Source: Armatimonadota bacterium
GTDB lineage: Bacteria > Armatimonadota > Hebobacteria > CAIYQO01
Assembly: GCA_038248345.1 (NCBI GenBank)
Contig: JBBRXO010000015.1
Span: 1 to 37,916, forward strand
Direction: 5' to 3'
Length of the DNA stretch: 37,916 bases
In this document: one piece after another, positions 1 through 11,486 of the stretch
Layout: every line of letters begins with the position of its first letter
Position numbering within the stretch: the first letter of the stretch is position 1
The notes under the pieces: generated by a model
Told to the model about the DNA's origin: nothing
Databases searched by the model: none
Seen by the model: the letters and a program-made list of their open reading frames with translations, nothing else
Made by a program: the position numbers and the translations under genes

Positions 1-699
<699 letters not shown>

Positions 700-868
700 C
701 GGAGAAAACCGGATTTATCCGCAAGGGTAACATTCGGCCTTCGAGGTCGATCGCTCAATGTTTTTTCATTGAGTGCCTCAAAAATAGACTCTGGTTCCGC
801 ATTTTAAGTATCGAGTGTCCGAACACTGTTGAGGGGTGAAGGTCCTGCAAACAAGGAAGCTTGTTTGT

Positions 869-945
869 GGGCGCATAGCTCAGTTGGTTAGAGCGCAGCC
901 CTGATAAGGCTGAGGTCCCTGGTTCGAGTCCAGGTGCGCCCACCA
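869..945 (+). tRNA. tRNA-Ile(GAT)
   Basis: Acceptor GGGCGCA/TGCGCCC, anticodon loop CT-GAT-AA, T-loop GTTCGAG, encoded CCA; typical ITS position. Confidence 0.98.
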
Positions 946-956
946 GTCTTATTGTT

Positions 957-1105
957 TAGTTTCTAGTTTCTAGTTACTGGTTGCTAGTTCGGCGGAAACG
1001 TCGTTTTAGTTATTAGTATCTAGTCGTTAGCAACTATTCTCGTTGAGTTTCAATTTTTAGTTATTCTGTTTCCGGTAACAACCAGAAACTAGGAACTATG
1101 AACTA
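957..1105. repeat. Inverted pair of degenerate heptamer arrays between tRNA-Ile and tRNA-Ala
   Basis: 957-999 (TTCTAGT-like units ...CGGAAAC) is approximately complementary to 1068-1105 (GTTTCCG...AACTAGG/AACTATG/AACTA). Confidence 0.75.
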
Positions 1106-1118
1106 GCAACTCTTCATA

Positions 1119-1194
1119 GGGGGTTTAGCTCAGTTGGGAGAGCGCCTGCTTTGCAAGCAGGAGGTCATCGGTTCGAGCCCGTTAACCTCCACCA
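1119..1194 (+). tRNA. tRNA-Ala(TGC)
   Basis: Acceptor GGGGGTT/AACCTCC with G3:U70, anticodon TT-TGC-AA, CCA end. Confidence 0.98.
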
Positions 1195-1407
1195 GACTTA
1201 CCTCTTAGAACCTTGACAATTGAATATCGAGATGACACGGAAATGAAGTCCGAATGTGAATTAAGTGATTGATTCATGTTTGAACGAACGAAAAAAGAAG
1301 AAGATGGATTCCAAAATTTGGAATCCTGCGCGTCTATTAAAATGTGTTAAAAATATCAGGTACGGTGCCATCTTTCGTTTTAGTCGCCTTTTGGCGGACG
1401 GAAGAGT

Positions 1408-4300
<2,893 letters not shown>

Positions 4301-4420
4301 ACTCTTTCGTGCGCCAAAAGGCGATGAATGAGTGGCAACCGTACTTGATACAATTTACGCATGATATAGACGCAGGGTAAACATCCCTTCTTTACCGTCG
4401 CATCTCGATAGTTAACAAGT

Positions 4421-4542
4421 TTTCCCGGTGATTAGAGCGGAGGAACCCCACCGCTTCCCATACCGAACAGCACCGTGACCCCCTCCAGCGTCGATGGTAC
4501 TTGGAGCTCGCGCTCCTGGGAGAGTAGACCATTGCCGGGAAA
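4421..4542 (+). rRNA. rrf: 5S rRNA
   Basis: Terminal helix TTTCCCGG/CCGGGAAA, CCCATACCGAAC, GATGGTAC...GGGAGAGTAG motifs. Confidence 0.95.
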
Positions 4543-4545
4543 TCC

Positions 4546-4574
4546 TTGACAAACACGCGTCTTTGCTCTAGAGT
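4546..4574 (+). promoter_or_regulatory. Putative sigma70 promoter for tRNA-Asn
   Basis: TTGACA-17 bp-TAGAGT, overlapping a hairpin at 4552-4587. Confidence 0.5.
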
Positions 4575-4596
4575 AAGGGCGCGTGTTCTACATTAT

Positions 4597-4672
4597 TCCC
4601 GAGTAGCTCAATTGGCAGAGCGTCGGACTGTTAATCCGTAGGTTGTAGGTTCAAGTCCTACCTCGGGAGCCA
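4597..4672 (+). tRNA. tRNA-Asn(GTT)
   Basis: Acceptor TCCCGAG/CTCGGGA, anticodon CT-GTT-AA, GTTCAAG T-loop, CCA. Confidence 0.97.
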
Positions 4673-4693
4673 TAAAAAACACCATAAATAATC

Positions 4694-4724
4694 ACCGTCG
4701 GAGCTCTCTGGCGGTTTTTTATTT
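4694..4724 (+). terminator. Intrinsic terminator of rrn/tRNA-Asn transcript
   Basis: ACCGTCGGAG/CTCTGGCGGT stem followed by T-run. Confidence 0.8.
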
Positions 4725-4774
4725 GGTTACGCGATGCAGCGCTTCAGTGTGGCTACATCCGGTCGATGGACTGA

Positions 4775-5579
4775 TTACCTTTCGTGCTGCTGCTTAATCT
4801 CCTTGGCTAGCTTGCGGATATTTTTTCATTTGTTATTGACGGCTTGCTCCTCCAGGCGGTCGGTATTGCAGGCGAGGAACTGCAGTTCGCGCATACCAGG
4901 GGTGTCGATGAGCGCGGCACCGGTGCAGGAGGAAGAGTTGGCGGGGTGACGTAGTGTGCCGCCCCCGGCTATCATCCGTGCGGACAGTCTGGGTGCGCAT
5001 CACCTCATTGCCCAGCAATTGGTTGATCAAGGTAGATTTGCTAACACCGGAAGAGCCCAGCAGTGCGATGGTGACGCCGGGTTGCAGGTACGGGGATAGT
5101 GTTTGCAGGCCAACACCGGTGAGAGTAGAGATAGCATGTACCGGCGCATCACCGGCAACCGCGGTAACCTCACGCAGGCAGGCGTTGATATCCGGGTGCA
5201 TATCCGCCTTGTTAAGGAGCAAGACAGGTCGCGCGTTTGGAGCAGGTAACGTTCGATACGGCGCAGATTATAGTTGCCGTCCAGCCCGGTGAGCAGTAAG
5301 GCGATATCGATTTTCGCCGCCGCTTTGCCCCGCCGATTGGCGGGGCAAATTTGCTCATACGCAGTAGCACGGCTTGAATGACTGCCTGCGGCTCTTCAAC
5401 ACCGATGATGCGGAGCACCACCCAGTCGCCTACCACTGGAATTTCCCGCCGGTTTCGGTGGCGACCATTTAAAGATTCATTTGTTCCAGCGTAATCCGGC
5501 CGGCGGAGAAATTCTCTAGCCGGTACGGCTCAAAATGGCGGGCGAAGAATTCGCTCCAGCCCAGGTTAATGAAGTTCAT
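4775..5579 (-). pseudogene. rsgA: Degraded ribosome small subunit-dependent GTPase A (RsgA-family paralogue)
   Basis: Fragments in several frames: MNFINLGWSEFF..(stop), PVVGDWV, NIDIALLLTGLDGNYNLRRIERYL, LLNKAD, GSSGVSKSTLIN (P-loop G>S), GRHTT, LIDTPGMRELQ, K*KNIRK. Frameshifts, stops and deletions; AGGAG RBS upstream of ATG at 5579. Confidence 0.88.
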
Positions 5580-5734
5580 GGATATTCTCCTGGTCTCGCT
5601 TCACGACGGGATAGCCGCCGTGTCCAATAATCCGCATATGCGGAGAATTACGGGTATAAACACGCCTGAGGAAGGAATCGAAAAAACCATCCCTACGGTA
5701 ATGGTCGAAGCAAAACCACGCATAAAATTGCCGT

Positions 5735-6038
5735 GATCAGCCCCCACCCCGCCCACCGGCTCATTCCCGCAATACCCATACAAATTCAATCCGCCAGCAT
5801 ACCCTATCGGGTCAGGCGTGAGCCACCTGCCCGCTTCCGGGTCGTAGTAGCGGTGGCCGCAGAGGATGAAGCCGTGCTCGGTGTCGGTGTAGTAGCCGAA
5901 CTGGCCCTTGTAGCCGTAGACATCAGCGGTGCCGGCAGTGCGCTCGCCGTAGGCGGTGAAGTTGCTGTAGCCCTGCACCGTCCCCGTCGCATTCAGCGTG
6001 ACGGTGGTGTTGCCGAGGGAGGTGGGGTTCGTATTATA
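5735..6038 (-). pseudogene. Orphan RHS repeat-associated core fragment
   Basis: SLGNTT...FTAYG...YGYKGQFGYYTD...GHRYYDPEAGRWLTPDPIGYAGGLNLYGYCGNEPV; no upstream YD repeats (in-frame stop at 6039-6041) and the terminal DPxG/toxin domain is missing. Confidence 0.85.
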
Positions 6039-6260
6039 TTATCAAGGGACTGGAATCATTATAGCTCAATTTACGCCAATGTCAATATATAATACATGCG
6101 ATATGGGGAATTGCTTACTCCAATTACAAGCGCTATTCAGCGTGCTTGATCTTATAGGCATCTCGTTTACCGGGTGGCGTTATCTCCCAAGCAATGTCTT
6201 CCCTTAATTGCCCCAAAATATACTGCTGTCCAATAGGAGCGACATATAACTCCTGCATTT

Positions 6261-7121
6261 TCATTTCTGCAAATGCTCCATCAACACCCGGCGCATTACT
6301 TCGGTCGGGGCGGGGACGCCGGTGAAATGCTCGAATTGCAATACTGCCTGGTTGAGGAACATCTCTACGCCGGGGATGATGCGGCAGCCGCGGGCGCGGG
6401 CATCGGCCAATAGTTTGGTCTCCAACGGCGTGTAGACGATGTCAAAGACCACCTGTGCGGGGCGGAAAAGGTCGGCTGGCACCAGCGAAGCATCTACCTT
6501 GGGGTGCATGCCGATGGGCGTGCAGTGGATGACGATGTCGGCGTGGGCCATTGCCGCCGCTAGCGTGTCCGGGGTGAGCACGGTGTCGACGATGTGGGCG
6601 GGGGTGCCGGCGTGCAGATCGGCCGCCAACCCGCGTAGCATCGGCTCATTGATATCCAGTAGCGTCAGCTCCCCCAGCCCGGGGTGCATCGCCAGCGTGA
6701 ACGCGATGGCGCGTGCCGCGCCGCCTGTGCCCAGCAGGAGAATATGCGCACCAGTGATCTGCACGCCGGCATCATTGAGCGCTTTCAGCGCCCCGGGCCC
6801 GTCCGTGCCCAGCCCGATGAGGCGCCCGCCCTCATGCACAACCGTGTTGATGGCACCGATGGCACGATCTACCTCCGCCACCTCGTCCACATAGCGGATG
6901 GCCGTGACTTTGTGCGGTATAGTGACGCTCATCCCCCGGAAGTTACTCGTCGCCCGCATACCACCCAGCAAGGACGCTACGTCCTCCACGGGGAAGGCGA
7001 GGTAGACGAAATCGAGCCCCAGCGCCGCATACCCGGCGTTATGAATGGCAGGGGACAGACTGTGCCCCACTGGATTCCCGATCACGACACACAGTTTGGT
7101 GTTGGTTGTTATGGTTGGCAC
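6261..7121 (-). CDS. aroE: Shikimate dehydrogenase
   Basis: GNPVGHSLSPAIHN, SVTIPHK, GAINT, GTGGAARA, DIVYTPLET, MFLNQA motifs; AAGGAG RBS before GTG. Confidence 0.95.
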   Translation of the reverse strand: MPTITTNTKLCVVIGNPVGHSLSPAIHNAGYAALGLDFVYLAFPVEDVASLLGGMRATSNFRGMSVTIPHKVTAIRYVDEVAEVDRAIGAINTVVHEGGRLIGLGTDGPGALKALNDAGVQITGAHILLLGTGGAARAIAFTLAMHPGLGELTLLDINEPMLRGLAADLHAGTPAHIVDTVLTPDTLAAAMAHADIVIHCTPIGMHPKVDASLVPADLFRPAQVVFDIVYTPLETKLLADARARGCRIIPGVEMFLNQAVLQFEHFTGVPAPTEVMRRVLMEHLQK

Positions 7122-7247
7122 GGTATAGCTCCTTGCGCGACAGGTTATTTCCCATTTCAGCTTCGATTATCATACCACGCCTGCCCGGCCCTGCCAAATC
7201 AGTGACATATTGCTATGAATATTTTCAGGGAATCCTCTCCATTAAAC

Positions 7248-7276
7248 TTGGAAATTCGCCCCCTAAGTGGTACTAT
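7248..7276 (+). promoter_or_regulatory. Putative sigma70 promoter
   Basis: TTGGAA-17 bp-TACTAT with extended -10 TG. Confidence 0.5.
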
Positions 7277-7293
7277 ATCTTTGAGTTTTATTA

Positions 7294-8121
7294 TTGGAGA
7301 TTGATGTGCGCTGGGATAAGGTGGCGGGGATAGGACTGGGGATATTGGCGGGGGTGGCGGTGATTGCCCGCGGCATGGCTAATACTGCGCGACTGGATGT
7401 AACCGAGGAGACGATGGAGATCCCGGGGCTGCCCGTTGCCTTTGATGGTTTTCGGCTGTTGCACCTGACGGATATTCACCTGCGCCATTGCTCGGAGCGG
7501 GTGGAGCAGTTGCTGGCGCTCACCGAGGAGCTTGATCCTGATCTGGTTTGTCTGACCGGTGACTATGCTTTCACCGCGCTCTCAATCTCGGATATCGAGC
7601 GTCTTTTCCTCGGTTTATCGCTGCGCCCGGCGGTGGTGGGGGTGTACGGCAATGCCGATTATCGCCCCGGCATCACCGATCTGGTGCGCGCCAGCTGGGA
7701 GAAGTGCTTCCCTTTCCTCAACAACAGCTCGCTCTGCCTGGAACGTTGCGGCGAAAAGCTATGGATTGCCGGCGTGGATGACCCGCACCTGGGCCGCGAC
7801 AGCGTCCTTACCGCTATGGAACTGGTGCCAAAGGGAGCCCCGGCCATCCTGTTGGCACACTCGCCGGAGGTGATCCTGCGCACCCTCGACCCACGTATCA
7901 AGCTGATCCTGAGCGGACACACGCACGGAGGCCAGATATGCCTCCCCAACGGCCAGGCGATCTATAACAACATCAACCTGCCCAACAGTTATGCATCGGG
8001 ACGCCACACGTTACCCGGTGGCGCCACTCTCTACGTCAGCCGTGGCGTAGGCAGTACCCGCCTCCCCCTGCGCTTCGGCTGCCTGCCCGAGGTGACGGTG
8101 TTTACGCTGAAGGCTGGGTGA
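7294..8121 (+). CDS. Metallophosphoesterase (YkuE/YaeI-like), N-terminal membrane anchor
   Basis: LTDIH, TGDY, GNAD (usually GNHD), AHSP, SGHTHGGQ, VSRGVG motifs. Start could be GTG 7306. Confidence 0.88.
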   Translation: MEIDVRWDKVAGIGLGILAGVAVIARGMANTARLDVTEETMEIPGLPVAFDGFRLLHLTDIHLRHCSERVEQLLALTEELDPDLVCLTGDYAFTALSISDIERLFLGLSLRPAVVGVYGNADYRPGITDLVRASWEKCFPFLNNSSLCLERCGEKLWIAGVDDPHLGRDSVLTAMELVPKGAPAILLAHSPEVILRTLDPRIKLILSGHTHGGQICLPNGQAIYNNINLPNSYASGRHTLPGGATLYVSRGVGSTRLPLRFGCLPEVTVFTLKAG

Positions 8122-8441
8122 ATTTGTGATTGTGGGATAAAAGCACCTTCAGTCCGCGGAACATGCATTAAAAATAAGTTGTTAACCATGATTGAGCCTT
8201 ATTATAAACGAGCTACTATGTTAGTATCTAATTGAGAGCTATTGAACCCTAGTAGCTTATAAATTGAATCGGATTGTGGACGAAGTTCACTTTTGTTGAC
8301 ATATCATCTACACATATTGATAAGTGTAAAGGATTTGTCAACAAAACCGCCAGCTGAGGCGGCGATAAAGATGTTGAAAACATGTGAAATCGTTTGACCA
8401 GCGACTAATGACTAGAGACTAGCGACTGAAAGACTAAACTT

Positions 8442-10187
8442 ATGCACATCCACCTGTTAAACGAACAACTTGCTAACCAGATTGCCGCCGGGGAGGTTAT
8501 TGAACGGCCTTCCTCGGTGGTGAAGGAGTTGGTGGAGAACGCCATCGACGCCGGGGCGGGCGAGATCCGCGTGATCATCGAGGAGGCGGGGCGCAAGCTC
8601 ATCTCTGTAACTGACAACGGCAGCGGCATGACTGCCGAGGACGCGGTGCTGAGCCTGCAACGGCACGCCACCAGCAAGATCACCACCACCGATGACCTCT
8701 TCTCCATCCGCACGCTGGGGTTCCGCGGCGAGGCGCTGCCCTCCATCGCAGCGGTGAGCCATCTAAAACTCATCACCCGCCCAGCGGATGCCGAGGTAGG
8801 CACGGAGCTGCGCGTCACCGGCGGCACCATCACCGATATGACCGAGACCGGCTGCCCGGTGGGCACGCAGATCGAGGTGAGGCAGCTCTTCTACAACACT
8901 CCGGCGCGGCTGAAATTCCTCAAGACCGACCAGACGGAGTTCGGGCAGATCACTGAGTTGATGAACGCGCTGGCGCTCTGCTACTACGGGCTGGACTTGC
9001 GCCTCTGGCACAATGGGCGCGAGGCGCTGGCGCGGCCATCATCGACGCAGATGCTCTCCCCCATCGCGGCATGGCTGGGACGTGAGGCCGCAGGCGCAAT
9101 GGCGGCGGTGGAGCTGGCAGCGCCGGGGATCACCGTCAGCGGCTTCGTGGGCAAGCCGGAGGTGGCGCGCGGCAACCGTGGGGCGCAACTATTTTTCATC
9201 AATGGTCGCCGTATCAGTAGCCGCAGCCTAACCCACGCGCTGGAGTTCGCCTTTCAAGGGCTGCTCGGCCCCGGGCGTTTCCCGGTAGGTGTGCTGAAAA
9301 TTACCGTCGATCCGCAACAGGTGGATGTGAATGTTCACCCGGCCAAGGCAGAGGTGCGCTTCCACCACGAGGGCGATATCCACGCGGCGGTGGTGCGCGC
9401 AGTGAAGACGGCGCTGGCAGGAGTGAGCATGGTACAGCAGCTCTCCGTGTGGAACCCTGGCGAGAACCGCCCCGCACCCCGCCCGGCTACGGGCAACCCG
9501 GCCAACACGTTACTAGAGATGGACTACACCGCGCACACGCAAACCAGTATGCCACCCCTCACAGTGCCGCCCGCGCCAGCGTCGGTTACCGGATTGCGCG
9601 CGGTGGGGCAACTGTACGGGACTTTCCTGCTGGCGGAGGGGCGCGACGCGCTGATCATCATCAATCAGCATCGCGCGCACGAGCGGGTGATCTTCGAGCG
9701 GCTGCTGGCGCGTGCGGCCAAACCGGACGCGCAAATGTTGATGCTCCCCGCCACCGTCCACCTGGGGTTGCGCGAGGCGGCGCTGCTGGAGGCGCAACTG
9801 GAGAACCTGGCGGCCTTCGGCTTCGATATCGGCGCGTTGAGCGGCGGAACCTATATCATCAGAGCCGTACCCAGCATCCTCGCCGGGCGCGACCCGGAGA
9901 AGGTGTTGCACGGGGTCCTAGACGACCTCGGCGCCGGGGTAGACATCGCCCCCTTCGCCACCGAGGGTGACCCCAGCAGCCGTGCCATGCAGGAGGCCCG
10001 TCGTCGCCTGCTCGCCTCGGTAGCCTGCAAAGCCGCGCTAAAAGCGGGCAAGATCCTCACCCAGCTGGAGATGGACGAACTGCTCACCCAGCTGCAAGCC
10101 ACCGAGCAACCCACCATCTGCCCGCACGGCGGCCCCATCATCATGACCATCAGCCAATATGAGCTGGATAAACGGTTCGCAAGATAA
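8442..10187 (+). CDS. mutL: DNA mismatch repair endonuclease MutL
   Basis: QIAAGEVIERPSSVVKELVENAIDAG, TLGFRGEAL, VDVNVHPAKAEVRF, NQHRAHER, ACK, CPHG motifs. Confidence 0.98.
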   Translation: MHIHLLNEQLANQIAAGEVIERPSSVVKELVENAIDAGAGEIRVIIEEAGRKLISVTDNGSGMTAEDAVLSLQRHATSKITTTDDLFSIRTLGFRGEALPSIAAVSHLKLITRPADAEVGTELRVTGGTITDMTETGCPVGTQIEVRQLFYNTPARLKFLKTDQTEFGQITELMNALALCYYGLDLRLWHNGREALARPSSTQMLSPIAAWLGREAAGAMAAVELAAPGITVSGFVGKPEVARGNRGAQLFFINGRRISSRSLTHALEFAFQGLLGPGRFPVGVLKITVDPQQVDVNVHPAKAEVRFHHEGDIHAAVVRAVKTALAGVSMVQQLSVWNPGENRPAPRPATGNPANTLLEMDYTAHTQTSMPPLTVPPAPASVTGLRAVGQLYGTFLLAEGRDALIIINQHRAHERVIFERLLARAAKPDAQMLMLPATVHLGLREAALLEAQLENLAAFGFDIGALSGGTYIIRAVPSILAGRDPEKVLHGVLDDLGAGVDIAPFATEGDPSSRAMQEARRRLLASVACKAALKAGKILTQLEMDELLTQLQATEQPTICPHGGPIIMTISQYELDKRFAR

Positions 10188-10208
10188 AAGCTGGGACCAC
10201 TCTATTTT

Positions 10209-10609
10209 CAACACAGAGTACACAGAGAGCACAGAGAAGACAAAGAAAGGCTGTGTGGAACCGTACCCGTGGCATGGGCGTCCCGCCCATGAGAACGGGG
10301 TTGCGATTCGGAGCCTCATATTTTTGCTGGGATCGAATGATAGCGCCCTTCAGGGTGCTTGATCTTATAGCCACGTGCTTTAGCGCGTGGTGGTAGGCAC
10401 AAACCTAATTCCTATTTTCTATTTCCTTCGTGGGACGTCCATGCTATGATTTTACCCCGAAACGCCATATTCTGGAGGCTTGAAAAGGTATAAAACCTCC
10501 ACTTACCCTCGACTTAGCCCGTACAGGGCATTCTGTGCGATTTAGCCTCGAAAATTCGGGGTAAAATTGATCATTTCGCCCGTTCTCATGGGCGAGACGC
10601 CCATACTGC
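10209..10609. repeat. Mosaic of intergenic repeats (CACAGAG unit array, CATGGGCG palindromes, double-hairpin element)
   Basis: 10209-10238 CACAGAG x3; 10272-10299 and 10578-10609 (inverted) GCATGGGCGTCyCGCCCATGAGAACGGG; 10340-10392 contains two 22-mers identical to 29444-29465 and 29164-29185. Confidence 0.85.
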
Positions 10610-10624
10610 AAACCTATTTCCTAA

Positions 10625-11365
10625 TTACCCTCGTCCCGCCCGATTGTCCTCGAACAACGGCTTGCGTTTCATCTGGCCGGCATTCCTCGGGTAGCCGCCG
10701 GGGGTGGGGCGCACTTTTTTTACCACTATTAATAAGCGTTCACCCACGCCGGGGAGGTCGATGTGTTTGATGTCATGCACCTTGCCGCCGAGGAAAGTCA
10801 GCGCGGGGGCGGCGTCGCGCACCTCCTCGATGCCGCCGGGGCCTTTCATCGCGATCAGGAAACCGTCCATCTTCAGCAACGGCAAGCCGTACTCGGCCAG
10901 CGTGCCCAGGTGCGCCAGCGCGCGTGCGGTGACCACGTGAAATTTATTGCGCCACTCACCGCGTCCCAGCTCTTCCGCGCGCCCCCACAATTCGGTGGCA
11001 TTCTCCAAGCTCAGCGCACGAATCACCTCAGCCAGATAATCAATCTTCTTTTTAGTGGCATCATTGATGGAAAACTGCAACTCCGGGTGCCGAATAGCCA
11101 GCGGTAGGCCGGGGAAACCCGCGCCGGTGCCGATATCTATCACATGCTGCCCTTCCTGCGCCCGCCACACCAGCTCCACCGTCAGCGAATCGAGGATGTG
11201 CTTGAACGCCACTTCTTCCGCATCGACAATGGTAGTGAGGTTCATCTCCTTGTTATACTTCAGCAGCAACGCGAGTAACTGCTCAAAGTCCGCCATTTGT
11301 CCAGGCGTCAATGGTTTTAATTCCAATGCCACGACCGCGTCGCGCAATTTTTCTCGCCATGTCAT
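10625..11365 (-). CDS. rsmG: 16S rRNA m7G527 methyltransferase
   Basis: NLTTI, KHILDSL, DIGTGAGFPGLPLAI, GRAEE, ARALA, AMKG; directly downstream of mnmG. Confidence 0.96.
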   Translation of the reverse strand: MTWREKLRDAVVALELKPLTPGQMADFEQLLALLLKYNKEMNLTTIVDAEEVAFKHILDSLTVELVWRAQEGQHVIDIGTGAGFPGLPLAIRHPELQFSINDATKKKIDYLAEVIRALSLENATELWGRAEELGRGEWRNKFHVVTARALAHLGTLAEYGLPLLKMDGFLIAMKGPGGIEEVRDAAPALTFLGGKVHDIKHIDLPGVGERLLIVVKKVRPTPGGYPRNAGQMKRKPLFEDNRAGRG

Positions 11366-11394
11366 TATTTGTTATCCTTCATACATTTCCCATC

Positions 11395-11486
11395 TGTAGG
11401 GGCACAGGGTATGTGCCCGCATAACGAGGTTGCAATTTGCATTCTCGCATGATAATGAATGTGGGCACAAGCCTTGTGCCCCTACA
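11395..11486. repeat. GTAG-type REP doublet (REPIN-like)
   Basis: TGTAGGGGCACAgggtaTGTGCCC ... GGGCACAAgccTTGTGCCCCTACA in inverted orientation; includes the mnmG stop codon. Confidence 0.8.

Noticed and set aside
10038..10374. Small ORFs downstream of mutL (e.g. NTEYTESTEK)
   Set aside because: Translations of the repeat mosaic, without RBS or homology cues.
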